From positions 1-64,000 of the forward strand of contig OZ316900.1 in the NCBI GenBank assembly GCA_973895155.1: a DNA stretch of 64,000 bases, written 5' to 3'. Source of the stretch: Marsupella aquatica. Its lineage: Eukaryota; Plantae; Marchantiophyta. A program made the translations under genes and the position numbers. The notes beneath the pieces are model-generated. The model was not told where the DNA came from, did not search any database, and saw nothing but the letters and a program-made list of their open reading frames with translations. Every line of letters starts with the position of its first letter. The first letter of the stretch is position 1. This document shows positions 23,197 through 35,012 of this stretch, piece after piece.

Positions 23197-24503
23197 GGCA
23201 CATTACTAACCATTTCGCAAAAAAAAAGTGAATTCCAGAGAAGAAAGAAGCAAGCTTCTTTCTTCTCTCCTGCTTTATTCGCATCGCGAATGGAGGCCGA
23301 AGGGAAGGAAAGGGTCCGATGAAATAAAACAAACAAAAAATATTTTTTTTTGCTTTGCATTTTCCTGGTTTTGATCAGGTTCGACACATGACGAAATATA
23401 ATGCATTTTGTATTAAAAACTATTCTGGAGAAAATTCTAATTCGTGTTTTTTGTATATCGATTCGCTCCAGTTTCACATAGTTTACATGTTATTGGTTCG
23501 AGAAGACGGCGGCCCGGGGCGTGTCGCGGAGTGCGGCGGCATAACGCATAGCATGGAGGACTCTATCGTATAGAATACACGAAATTGGAGTTTCGCATAC
23601 AGAGAAATCATTGGAAATAGCATATACATATAGAGAAACTGAAGTTTCGTATATATATACATATAACTTCAAATAGTATATACAACATATATAGAAATTT
23701 CAGTTTCGTTTATATAATCGCTTTTCACATTCGTTGTCGAGGTGCACATCGAAAGAATTGATGTAACTAAGCTGCCGAAGTTACTATCTAGTTGCAGCAG
23801 TCGGAGGCGTTTATGTGCTAATCCGCGTTTATTATACCTAATGTCCCTCAACCCAAAATTTTGTTTGAAAGTTACTTATTTCTTCGGAGTGCCCGAGTTA
23901 GCCCGCGTATCGTACACTTTATATGTTTTTCTACCTCCCGTACGCGGAACGGCAGCGCGTACTGGACTTTTCCGAGCCTTTCATTTTTTCATGGATGGAT
24001 AGTCTGCGCAGTTTGCAGTTGATACGTTCTAGGCTTAATTCTAGCCTTTGCGCTTCCTTCGAGGTAATGACAAAGCAATTTGTGGAATACTTCGCAGGGG
24101 TTATGCGACAGCTCACATCGGCAATCATCCAGCATCCGCGAATGTCTACCGGATTTAAGCGTTGTATTATTCGATGGAGGACTCGACCAGGGGCAACCCA
24201 TTAAGTAAGAACAAGGTGGTCGATGCAGCCAATTATATCGAGTCCATAAAATCGTCCAATAAAGAACCGCGGCAAATGAAATATTTTCGCAACAGCGTCG
24301 GCACAAACGCATATGAGATGCTATTTGGGGAAAAAAATGATATGGAACGGGAGACCGAGCCGGGTAGAGAGATAGTGGAAGGAGAAAGCGTAATGGGGCA
24401 CGGATAACATAAGGCTTCTATTTCGTGTATACGGAAATAATAATACATAAATCAATAAATTTGGGTGGGAGCAAATTATAATCATTATATATGCATATAC
24501 GAC

Positions 24504-24587
24504 GAATCCATAAATCGAGAGATTGAATCCATAAATCGAGAGATTGAATCCATAAGTCGAGAGAGTAAATCTATAAATCAAGAGATT
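24504..24587 (+). repeat. Four degenerate tandem copies of a 21-bp unit (gaatccataaatcgagagatt)
   Basis: Directly visible; encodes ESINREI ESINREI ESISRES KSINQEI within ORF 24465..24689. Confidence 0.9.
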
Positions 24588-25878
24588 GAGGCAAGGGTTA
24601 AATCCGTAAATTTGGAGCAAATAATAATATTTAATCATATGAGTTCACGAAGTAAGAGATCCGACAGGAGTTCTCGGCCGCCATATTAGAGAAATGGGTA
24701 GGAACGGACCACCACATTAGATGAATGGATGAAAATCGTCAGGATTTAACCATTCATCTAATTTTGTGGCCCGTTGGGGAAGACTTCACAGACCGTAACC
24801 GGTTGGATTGGCTACTCCTGCGCGGGTGGTACTTCCGCCTCTTTGCTGAGGTTAGATGGTCGGACAGACCTTGGACCCTTTTATTTTTATGGCTATTTGG
24901 AAAACAAAATAGAGACTCGTGACGATATATGTTCGTAATGAGATATGTAAAAACTCTAACCAAATCCCCATCTTTCAAAGCGCCATCAATGATTCCCATT
25001 ATACGGCAGACGCGCTCCCTCTCTGCTTTCGGTTTTATCCCTTTCGCTTACAAGGTTTTAGATAATGTATCTGAAACCTTGTAAGTTTACGACGATAAAT
25101 ATTTACATAAAAGCGGGATTTAAGAAGCGGGATTGTACCAAAAATCTTTTAAAAAGCATAGATAGAATAGCGTTTATTGAATTGATTGGTTGATTGTCAA
25201 TAAGCCATTCTTTTATGGCTGGATTGCGGTCCCAGGAGAAAAATGGAATAAAAGGATATACGGAAGAAAAGGAGGTTGGGGAAAGCAACATAGTAGTTAA
25301 TATCCGAGAAGTCTAGCGTGGTAAGGGCAATCGGGAAATAAAGTACTACGCAAAGATTGATATAATTTTCGTATATCTAAGTAGAAGAGTCAAATAAATA
25401 TGTGCGGAGAAACAGTAAACAATGGACATTGTTTTTTACCGGGGGGTTTCCTTATACCGGATTGAGCAATAAAAAATAAGGCAAAGAGGCCCCCGAGTCC
25501 GAACTCGACGGGTTTCCCGTGGGTGTGGGGCAGATCTCTTCACCCCCCCAACTCTCGGGGCCGCTAAAGAAATGCGTAAGAAGGGCCGAAGGAGCCAACC
25601 GAGTCAAGTGCCACCCACTATCGTGCCTTAGCGAAGAACCTGATGACAGTCCCGTTTGAGCCCCGCGGAAAAAAAATATACATATTTTTTTTGCTCTCCT
25701 CGCGGGGTGGCCCTTTGGATGTAAGACCAGAGGGCCACGAAATCAGAAAGCCTTTTATGCACTACGGGCCTGCGGAGAGCTAAAGCCTTGAGGGGGGATT
25801 TCTCTATATATGATAGATAATCAGCCGCGAAAACAAATATTTTTTTTCGTGCTGCGCCCCCCCGAGAAATCATTAGGC

Positions 25879-26639
25879 TCATAAACATAGGCAAAGTGCC
25901 ATTTGATGAGTAACTAAAAACAGGGGAGAGGGATATAGAAAGAAAAAAGTGATGAGAAAGACAGTGATTGCTAGTAGTAAGGATTTTTCACGATCCATGG
26001 GTTTATATAAAATCCATGTTTCGGGTGTATCAAAATACATTATTTTCACAAAGCGTATATAATAAAAACAACTGATAACGCTAGTAACTACTCCTATTAG
26101 GGCTAGTAGGTAGGCCCCACAGCCTAAAGCGGCAAAAAACAAATAGAATTTGCTACGAAATCCAGCTAATGGGGGTATTCCTGCGTATGAGAACATAGTA
26201 ATAGACAGGGTAATAGCTAAAATAGGATTAGTTTTGGCTAAAGCACCTAAATCTGCTATATATTTGAAACGATTTTTACGTAACGCTAAAACCATAGCGA
26301 ATGCATTAACGGTCATTAATACATAAATAAAGGTACCAATTAATAGTGATTGAATTCCTTCTATGGTTCCGCATGAAAAACCAATTAAGAGATAACCTAC
26401 GTGTCCAATAGAACTATAAGCTAAAAGTCTTTTGATTTTGTTTTGGGCCATGGCAGCCAGTGCTCCTAAGATCATAGAAGCAATGCTGCAAAAAAAGAAT
26501 AGTTGTTGCCATGTTGGATCATAGAAACTATAAATAAAAACGCGTAACATATTGGCAAGAATAGATATTTTAGGTGCAATCGAAAAGAATGCTGTAACTA
26601 TAGTAGGTGAACCCTCGTATACATCGGGTGCCCACATAT
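25879..26639 (-). CDS. nad2: NADH dehydrogenase subunit 2, exon 2
   Basis: (H)MWAPDVYEGSPTIVTAFFSIAPK…KRLLAYSSIGHVGY…LCLCL*; 761 nt, which with exon 1 gives 1470 nt (489 aa). Confidence 0.96.
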
Positions 26640-28085
26640 ATAGAGTCAAAGATATATTCACCGAGTCGCGCAACAAGTCAATAAAAAATCTATATTTCTC
26701 TTATCCCCTACTGGTTCGAGGGCTCAAAAGCCCTTCAATCGGGAAGCGCTCCCCCTCTGGTCGAGTGCTATGTACCTCTCCCCTTTCCCGGAGCACCCTC
26801 CCCGCGCACTGCGTCCCTATGGCCGCCAGAGGCGCGGGACTGTAAGTAAGAAGAGGTGCGCAGCACTTTGTGGATGGTTCCGAGGGAGATTTCCTTAGCT
26901 TCACAGGGTCCTACAAAAGGTCGAAGGCCGGAAATGGCTCGTGGATTGATTTGATTCCCGCGCACTTATTTATCGGCCGGGACCCGCGGTAGAGGCCGGT
27001 AGGTCCATTTTTCTGTTTTATAGAAAAAGGGCCGGGCACTGCCAGACAAAGAAAGGGATGATTCTGATAAGTTTTTGGAAATAGATATATATATTTTATA
27101 TTTGTCGTTCACTCGCTGTTCGCTTAGCAAACGGTTGAGAAAGTTCCCAAATGACTTACTACAGTGCTCTCCGAACCGTACTAGATAGTGGCCCATCATA
27201 CGGCTCTCTAACTCTACTTAACTCTCGGATTATATATCAAAAGGGCGCCGCCGCAGCACTATCCCCCTTAGGGGGAAGGAGCACAGCGAGAAGTATATAT
27301 TTTTTTTAACCGGCAGGTCGAGCTCCCCTGGGCCTCTCCCTTTTCGCGCCTTCGGACCCTTCTTGCTTTCAGCTATTCCACTCCACACGCAGCCGGATCC
27401 ACTTGGATCACCTGGAATGATATCAGTTGATTTTGTAGAGTTCAACCCGCCAAATATAGGCAGGTACCGCATAGACCCCTTCCCTTATGTCGTTGCCAGC
27501 GCTCCACTGAGCCGAGAAGAATTTTTGTTTTCTTCTCCCGCTTTCGCACTTGATTGCGGCCGAATAGAAACAAAATATTTGGCCTCTAGGTAAGGTACTA
27601 AAGGTCCTCTGACTTCCAGCCGGGGATTTATTTCACCGTTGGATCTCGCCGGTACAGCCTATGGTTTTTGGTGCCTTGAGATATCGTTTTGTTAATTGTC
27701 CCCAAAGAGTAGGGTAATCAGCTTCCATGCAGTTTACAGCTCCAATCTAGACCTTGCCGCCTTTTCACCTCGACAGGCAGGAAGCACACCAGCGTGCGTT
27801 CGCGCGTTTACCCTTCGACGGGTGAACTGGGTAGCCGGTTGACGAGAAGATAACTTCGATTCGCCAGGCGGGCTTATCTCGTGTGAGTGACACTATTAGA
27901 GCTCACGCGGTGCTATTGAGCAGCAAAAAACTATTTAGCTCTCAACCGCGTTTTTGTGACATGCTATGGTCTCAACGCTCTCACGAGGTAGTGATGAGTT
28001 CTCCACGCTCGGCGCACAGGGCGCCCCGAAAGTATTGAGATTGGCCGCAATCTGTCGGTACCCATAGGCCGTCTAACGGCCGCCC
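26640..28085 (-). other. Group II intron nad2i709g2
   Basis: 5' GGGCGGCCGTTAG after nt 709; domain V at 27173..27206; ends GACTCTAT. Confidence 0.92.
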
Positions 28086-28794
28086 GAAAAGGAACTGCAG
28101 TGATCTTGAATAAAAAACCTACAGCGATAAATAAAATTCCCATAAAGATACCACTAGATTGAGCACCGAACAAAGTGATTTCATATCCAGTGAAAATCTT
28201 AGCTAATTCCTCAAAGTTGGTAACTCCAGTAAACCCATAAATCATGGAACAACCAAACAATAATATTCCGGAGGAGAAAGCACCTAAAATGAAATATTTT
28301 AAGCCGGCTTCCGCGGAAAATTCAGAGTCTCTTTTTGATGCTGCGATCACATAAAAACATAAACTTTGAAGCTCAATAGCTAAATACATGGCGATTAAAT
28401 CATAAGCCGAGATCATAAAAAGCATACTGCAAGTAGAAAATGAAATTAATACAATAGATTCGAAAGCATTCGAACTCTCCTGTTTGGAATAATCCAAACA
28501 CATAACTATGGTACTAGCCGTACTTAATAATAGAAATATTTGGCAAAAATATGTAAAATTGTCTATTATCAAATTATTATATACTAAATTGGCAACAGCT
28601 AGAGGTGAGCCAACGGCGACCAATAGGATGGTTATTAGAACACTAAGTAAACCAAGCCAACCCACATTACGCACCAACGGTGGATAATCGTATTTTTTGG
28701 AGGTACTAAATACAACTCCATAAATAAGCAAAATGATGGTTGCGTTAATAAGAAAGATCTCCGGGAAAAGCGCTAAAAAATCATGCTCAAACGT
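28086..28794 (-). CDS. nad2: NADH dehydrogenase subunit 2, exon 1 (ACG start needs editing)
   Basis: ACG TTT GAG CAT GAT ((M)FEHDFLALFPEIFLINAT…AGLKYFILGAFSSG…FKITAVPF); exactly 709 nt. Confidence 0.96.
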
Positions 28795-28820
28795 TTCTTC
28801 GAACCTCTTTTTTATGTTTT

Positions 28821-29760
28821 TTAATCAAATTTTCCATGTTGCACTAAGTTACTCACGGAAGTATGCATACACTCTACGAACACTTCGGGGTAAACACCCA
28901 TCCAAATAACTCCAGCAATAAAAGGTAAAAAGATGAGAACTTCTCTTCTATTCAAATCGGAGAATTTGAGTAGAAAATTGGGTTTGAAATTACCGAAAAC
29001 CACACGATTATATAGCCAAAGGGAGTAAGCGGCGCCTAAAATCATACCAAGTGCTGCCAATGCGGCCACTAAGCTATTTCTTTGGAAAGCCCCTACTAAA
29101 ATAAGAAATTCCCCGATAAAGCTGCTAGTACCGGGTAAACTCATATTGGCTAGGGTAAAAGATAAGAAAATGGTAGAGAAAATAGGCATGGTGCTGACTA
29201 AACCTCCATAATATTTAACAATTCTTGTTTTGTGTCGGTCGTATAGCGCCCCAACACATGAAAGAAGGGCTGAAGAAACCGGTCCATGACTTAACATAAG
29301 TAAAATGCTACCTTCAATTCCCTGTATGTTCAGACTGAACATACCAATAGTCACAAAATTCATATGGGCTACTGAAGAGTAAGCAATAATTTTCTTCAAA
29401 TCGATTTGTCTTATTGTAGTTAGGGAAGTATATATAATAGCAATCACACTTAAAGCATAAATGAAAGGAGTGAAATAAAGTGTCGCTTCAGGAAACATGG
29501 GTATAGAAAATCTTAAAAAACCATAGGTTCCCAATTTTAAAAGAATTCCTGCCAAGATTACAGATCCAGCCGTAGGTGCCTCCACATGAGCTTCAGGTAA
29601 CCAAATATGAACTGGTACCATAGGCACCTTCACGGAGAAAGAAGCGAAAAAAGCAATCCATAGCAAGATTTGGCGCCGCTCACTAAATTCTGTGGTTAGT
29701 AATATTTGTAGATCAGTAGTTCCTGTTTGGAAAAAAATAAATAAAATGGCTAGGAGCATG
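28821..29760 (-). CDS. nad4: NADH dehydrogenase subunit 4, exon 2
   Basis: MLLAILFIFFQTGTTDLQILL…KVPMVPVHIWLPEAHVEAPTAGSV…HGKFD*; 940 nt. Confidence 0.97.
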
Positions 29761-30670
29761 GTAAGAGATGGGCCACCAACCTCAACTACCCAATAAAACC
29801 AAGTTCTCTGCACTTCCGAGGCGCGGCTTGTACCCCAGTCATGGTGATATCTTCATCAGGTATCAATGGCCTTCCTCCGAACCGTACGTGCAAGTCTCCC
29901 CGCATACGGCTCTCCGAGTGATCCTTGAGCTTATAGATTGGTTGGAAGTTTTTAGGGCGGGCCATCTGGCCTCCCCCCGCTCCCAGTATACCCTGTGTTC
30001 CTCTCAATTCCAATCCGACTAACCGAGGTCGGACCCCGCCCGCCGCCCGGGCCTTCTTGTTTGGGTTCGGCCTCTTGCCTCAAGACAAGATGAACAGTAT
30101 AAGGTTTTTACTTATAATGTCATCATCTGTTCCCTCTGGGCCCCTTAGCAGAATCATGTCCGTTATTACGGGCCCCCCGTTGCCTACCCTTCCCCCGCCA
30201 GGTCTGACACCCCCCCCCGGAGAGGTTAAAAAGCCAGTTCCCCGGAGTGACCTTAGACAATCCCACGTTTCATCCTAGTGTGTCGAATCGGTCCCTTAGG
30301 TTCCGAGTCCTTGCCCGTATCTATACGGTAGCTGTCTTCAAGTGCGTTCCACTCTTTTTACTAGCCCCCCGTTCAGGGGCGGTGGCTGTGAAGAAGATCG
30401 CTGTTCCCGCTGGCGACGTAATAGCTGGGCCGTTTCCCAGCCAGACTGAGTGGGATACCTCCAGTAGACTCACAAGACGAGCCATAGAACTTCTAGCTCG
30501 GGGAACGAACTCCTTAGCGCTATCGGTTTCACGCCGTGTTCCCCTTTTCCCACATGCTACAATACCCTTTGGGCTTTCCCCGCGAGGATAGTGGGACGCT
30601 TTACATAGAACACCCCATGCCGGCTTATTTCATTGCTGTCCGGAGACTCACTGGTACCAACGTGGCGCAC
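29761..30670 (-). other. Group II intron nad4i548g2
   Basis: GTGCG after nt 548; domain V GAGCCGTATGCGGGGAGACTTGCACGTACGGTTC near 29880..29913; ends CTCTTAC. Confidence 0.93.
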
Positions 30671-31218
30671 AACAAGGATCCCATCAAGGTGTACAAGAAG
30701 AACTGATATGCTGCTTTGATTTTCCTCTGTCTGGACCCCCAAACACCTATAATAATAAACATGGGAATTAACACGCTTTCGAAAAAAACGTAAAATATTA
30801 AAAGATCGAGTGAGCAAGACACAGCAATTAATAAAGATTCGCAAATGGAAAACGCTATCATATACTCTTTTTTATAACTCTTGACGCTGTAAAAGCCAAC
30901 AAGAATGCAAATAGGCGTTAAAAACGTGGTCAAGATCACAAAGAATAACGAGATACCATCTATACCTATATAGAAATTTATATTTGGATACGGAAGCCAT
31001 CGAATAGTTTCCACAAACTGAAATTTTGCTGTATCATTCTCGAAGCGTATCCAGAAAAAAAGAGAATATAAAAAAGTAATCAGAGAGGTCCAAATTGTGA
31101 TACCTTGTATCAGACGTACTCTCGAATTCGGGATCACCAAAATAATAAGGCTTCCTAGCAAAGGAAGCAAAATGAGACCACTCAAATTGGAATAAAATGG
31201 AGCTAAAACTTGTAACAT
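30671..31218 (-). CDS. nad4: NADH dehydrogenase subunit 4, exon 1
   Basis: MLQVLAPFYSNLSGLILLPLLGS…GIDGISLFFVILTTFL…FFLYTLMGSL; 548 + 940 = 1488 nt (495 aa). Confidence 0.97.
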
Positions 31219-31504
31219 ATACGTTTACTCTTTTTCCTAGGAATCCCGAAAAAAATATATATATTTTTGCTGCGAGGAATATATATGCTGCGAAAAGGCC
31301 CGTAGCGCTGCCCTACGGGCCGGAGGCCTCCGCTTGTTAGGCAAGTTTTTACCGCCCTTTTCTTGTCTGTTTCTTCTCCTCCAGTTTTTGGATAATAGAT
31401 AGTTATTCACAATGGAATCAGAATGCGCTAATCTAATTATTATGAGAAATGCCAGTACAATAATAAATAGCCTAGAGCAAAAAATTAGCATTTGATACTA
31501 AAAA

Positions 31505-31790
31505 TCTGCGGACCCGGTCCGTTTTTGGAGAATTAAGTTGATTATTGCCATCGGGCGACCGGTCTAGATTCCGCACGATAAAAAGCACAAGTCCATTTCT
31601 GTGCAAAGGCGTTGCACTCATCCTTGTTCGGCAACGAACACGGAGACCTTAGCATGTGCAAGAAGCTCTGTTGAGGGGGTTTCATTTACCTCCTACCCCG
31701 CCGGCCGGGGGGGGGTAACCCAAAAGTATGGAGCAAGCCGGTTCTCTTGTATTTAAGATGAGGTTCTGTACCGGCGAATCGGAGACTCTT
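31505..31790 (+). mobile_element. Inverted group II intron fragment in the nad5-nad4 spacer
   Basis: Shares gggcgaccggtc, cggcaacg..ggagaccttagcatgtg and gccgg..tc..gt.tttaagatgagg..c.gtac.ggcgaatcggag with the orphan intron at ~39620..39830. Confidence 0.7.
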
Positions 31791-32314
31791 TCGGTCCTTG
31801 TCAACCAGCAATTAACCATTGGCACCTGAGCTCTGCAAATGGTGAAGCGCATGAACGTACGTTGCTCGCTCCATGCCTATTGATGGTATATATCAACCAG
31901 GTCACAAATGGTTTGGCCTCTACTTACTCTCTCGTGTGGAAGGATAGAGTTCAAGATGGAGCGGATTACCTATACTACTAGGGACAGGAGTCTAAACGCC
32001 CTTCCAAGGACCGACGTGTAATAGGCGCTGGTGCGCCGTGAAGCTCCTGAAAAAGTCAGGTCAGAGAGCCGATGGGCGGCAGCTATCGCTTCGGTTATTT
32101 TTTTTTGTTCCCGAGGTCCGAAGGTCTCGACCAGCGGGAGAGTTCTTTTATGTCGGAGAAAAGGCCCGAAAACCAGGCTCTACCCGCCCGGGGAGGCCGG
32201 GGGGGACCCCCGCCCGGGTCTTTCATAGCTAGCTTTGCCCCTCCCATTGCGTTCCTTAAAGATTAAATATATTATACAATGAAGTGTGGGCCTTTAGTTC
32301 GTACCAATGTTTCC

Positions 32315-33571
32315 TTAGATATTAATAAATAAAAAGCTAACTATGTAAATGAAATACAATCGATTATCTACCCAGAAGGAGATGAAATCCCACAGGCCTA
32401 TAACGGAAATGAATATTGTTAATCCGAGCAACATAACAAAGGCATAATGATAAACAAATCCACTTTGAATTTTACTTATTTGCTGGGCCATTTTTCGAAT
32501 CGTGTACGAAATTCCATAAGGACCCAAGATTTCAATAGCACCTTTGTCTAAAGCTTTGAACGAAACTTCATATCCAAAACGCAAAAACGATCTAGCTAAG
32601 AAGTCGTTAAAAACTTTATCGAAAAACCAACGCTTATTGAAAAAGCAATATAGTCGATTACCAAAAGTACTAGTTTTCAAAGCGAGAATGAGTGGATTCA
32701 CCACAAAATTTACACTATACGCCACGAATGAACCTAAAGTACTAAACAAAATAGGAATTAGTTTGATAATGGTTGGAGTAGCAAACTCAGATTCGGCCAT
32801 AATTTCATTTCTGGGTAATATGAAAAGTGAATTAGCCCAAAAATTGGTACCTGAACCAATCATCATATCTCTGGCCAAGTATCCTACAAAAATACTCCCA
32901 AAAGCCAAAAGGATTAGAGGTATTGCCATAAGAATGGGCGCATCATGACATTTACTTAAATCTCGCTTGAATGAATTAGTTGGTGCTAGAAAGGTTAAAA
33001 ACAGTAAACGGAAAGAGTAATAAGAAGTGAAAAAGACCGATACACTTCCTAACCAGAAGGCGAAGTTACCACTGATAGTATATTTCGTGTAAGCAAGTTC
33101 CGGAATAACATCTTTTGAATAAAATCCCGTTAAAAAGGGGAAACCAATTAAGGATAAGCTACCTATAAGCATCATAGCATAGGTAAAAGGTAACAAGGAA
33201 GCAAGCCCTCCCATCTTACGCATATCTTGCTCATCCGACATGGCATGAATCACTGAACCTGCACTCAGGAATAAAAGTGCTTTGAAGCAGGCGTGATTCA
33301 TTAAATGAAATACGCTAACGGAATAGTTGGGAATGCCGCAAGCAAAGATCATATAGCCTGACTGACTACAAGTTGAATAAGCTATAACCCTTTTTAAATC
33401 GTTTTGTAATACTCCGGTGGTTGCCGCGAAGAATGACGTCATAGCGCCTACGAAAGTAATAACAATCAGAGCATTGGGTGAGTATTCAAATGAAGGAGAA
33501 CACCTTGCTATCATAAAAACGCCTGCTGTTACCATAGTAGCTGCGTGAATCAAAGCGGATACTGGAGTGGG
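32315..33571 (-). CDS. nad5: NADH dehydrogenase subunit 5, exon 2
   Basis: [25 protein letters not shown]…[15 protein letters not shown]…; 1257 nt. Confidence 0.97.
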   Translation of the reverse strand, partial: PTPVSALIHAATMVTAGVFMIARCSPSFEYSPNALIVITFVGAMTSFFAATTGVLQNDLKRVIAYSTCSQSGYMIFACGIPNYSVSVFHLMNHACFKALLFLSAGSVIHAMSDEQDMRKMGGLASLLPFTYAMMLIGSLSLIGFPFLTGFYSKDVIPELAYTKYTISGNFAFWLGSVSVFFTSYYSFRLLFLTFLAPTNSFKRDLSKCHDAPILMAIPLILLAFGSIFVGYLARDMMIGSGTNFWANSLFILPRNEIMAESEFATPTIIKLIPILFSTLGSFVAYSVNFVVNPLILALKTSTFGNRLYCFFNKRWFFDKVFNDFLARSFLRFGYEVSFKALDKGAIEILGPYGISYTIRKMAQQISKIQSGFVYHYAFVMLLGLTIFISVIGLWDFISFWVDNRLYFIYIVSFLFINI

Positions 33572-34259
33572 CCACTCTTGCATAACCATTTACGATTTCA
33601 CAAGGCCGGAAATATCTATATATATTTTCTCCACAGCATTGGGTAATTGGTTGGTGAGTCTACCTCTGGCAAGAGTAGGGACTGGATCTTCCACTTATGA
33701 AATATGGGCTCTCCCAATAATCTTACGGGTGGCCGCTGTGCCATCAAAAACTAAGATGTGGTTTTTCCTTCATACATGAATGGACTCAACGCCGAAAATA
33801 TAGATTCTTACAAAAACTTATCAGTTTTTTTTTTCGTCTATTTCTCCTCGTAAGTCCGTCAGTTTTTTTCTTTCCCTCCTTCTCAGTTTTTTTTACTTTC
33901 CCGTCTGACATAAATAGTCCGGGGGGGGGCCCTGTCAGACAAAGAAAGTACTACGATGCCCTTCGGGGGGGGGGCCTCTTCCTCCGGTCTTCGTGCCCTT
34001 TGGGCCAGCGGAGCGGGTTCGGGATAAGAAGAGATTCTATTTCGAACAAGAGGTCTTACGTACAGTCTCTGGGGATCCTATAGAGCTGCTCCTTCGGCCT
34101 TGACTTCGCCGAGTGGGACCCTGATAGGTTTCCTGCTGATTGGTCGAAATGAGAGATTTTTCCGATAGGGACTCTCATTTGGACGACGATTCCAGCATAC
34201 AGTGAGATTGTTGGAATGTACCTAATGGCACATGAGAGCCCTCAAACAAATATTATAAA
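33572..34259 (-). other. Group I intron nad5i753g1 (688 nt)
   Basis: Exon ends in U (GAG GGT|) and the intron ends in G before CCC ACT CCA; insertion after nt 753; no group II termini. Confidence 0.9.
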
Positions 34260-35012
34260 ACCCTCCATTGCATCGGGTAACCAAGTATGCAATCCAATCT
34301 GTGCGGATTTTCCAACAGCGCCAATAAACACTAAAATACAAATAACAGTTATGGCATGAAATTCCATGTTACAAAAAAGGAAATAATGATGGGGTTCAGA
34401 AAAGGCACTGGCACAAGCAAAAATAGTAGAAAAGTCAACTGTTTGGAAAATAGTAAAACAACCCATAATCCCGAGAGCTAATCCGAAATCACCTACGCGA
34501 TTTATGAGCATAGCTTTAATAGCCGCTTTATTCGCCTGAATGCGCGTAAACCAAAAATTTATCAATAAATATGATGCGAGTCCAACCCCCTCCCATCCCA
34601 AAAATAACTGAATGAAATTATCTCCAGTTACCAACATGAGCATAAAAAAAGTAAAAATTGACAAATAGCAAAAGAAACGTGGACTATGCGGATCCCCAGA
34701 CATGTAGGAAATTGAATAAATATGAACTAAGCTACTTACAATTGTGACGACCAATAATAAAATGACTGTAAGGCTGTCGAATAAAAAGCCCCAAGCAGCG
34801 TCAAAGAGTTCCGAAAAAATCCAAGGAGCAATCCTTATATAGCAAGCACTGGCACACAGCGCGACTTCGTAGAATGCAATACACGATAAAATAGAAGATA
34901 ATGAAACACACGTGGTTGTGACTACAGCCGCTCCCCTTGAACCAAGAAAACGACCAAAAAACCCTGCCGCAAAACTCCCGATCAACGGTAAAATGACTAT
35001 AAGTAAATACAT
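34260..35012 (-). CDS. nad5: NADH dehydrogenase subunit 5, exon 1
   Basis: [13 protein letters not shown]…[16 protein letters not shown]…[18 protein letters not shown]; 753 + 1257 = 2010 nt (669 aa). Confidence 0.97.

Noticed and set aside
23581-23708. CRISPR array
   Set aside because: Only three 15-nt degenerate repeats, spacers related to each other, no cas genes, organellar context.
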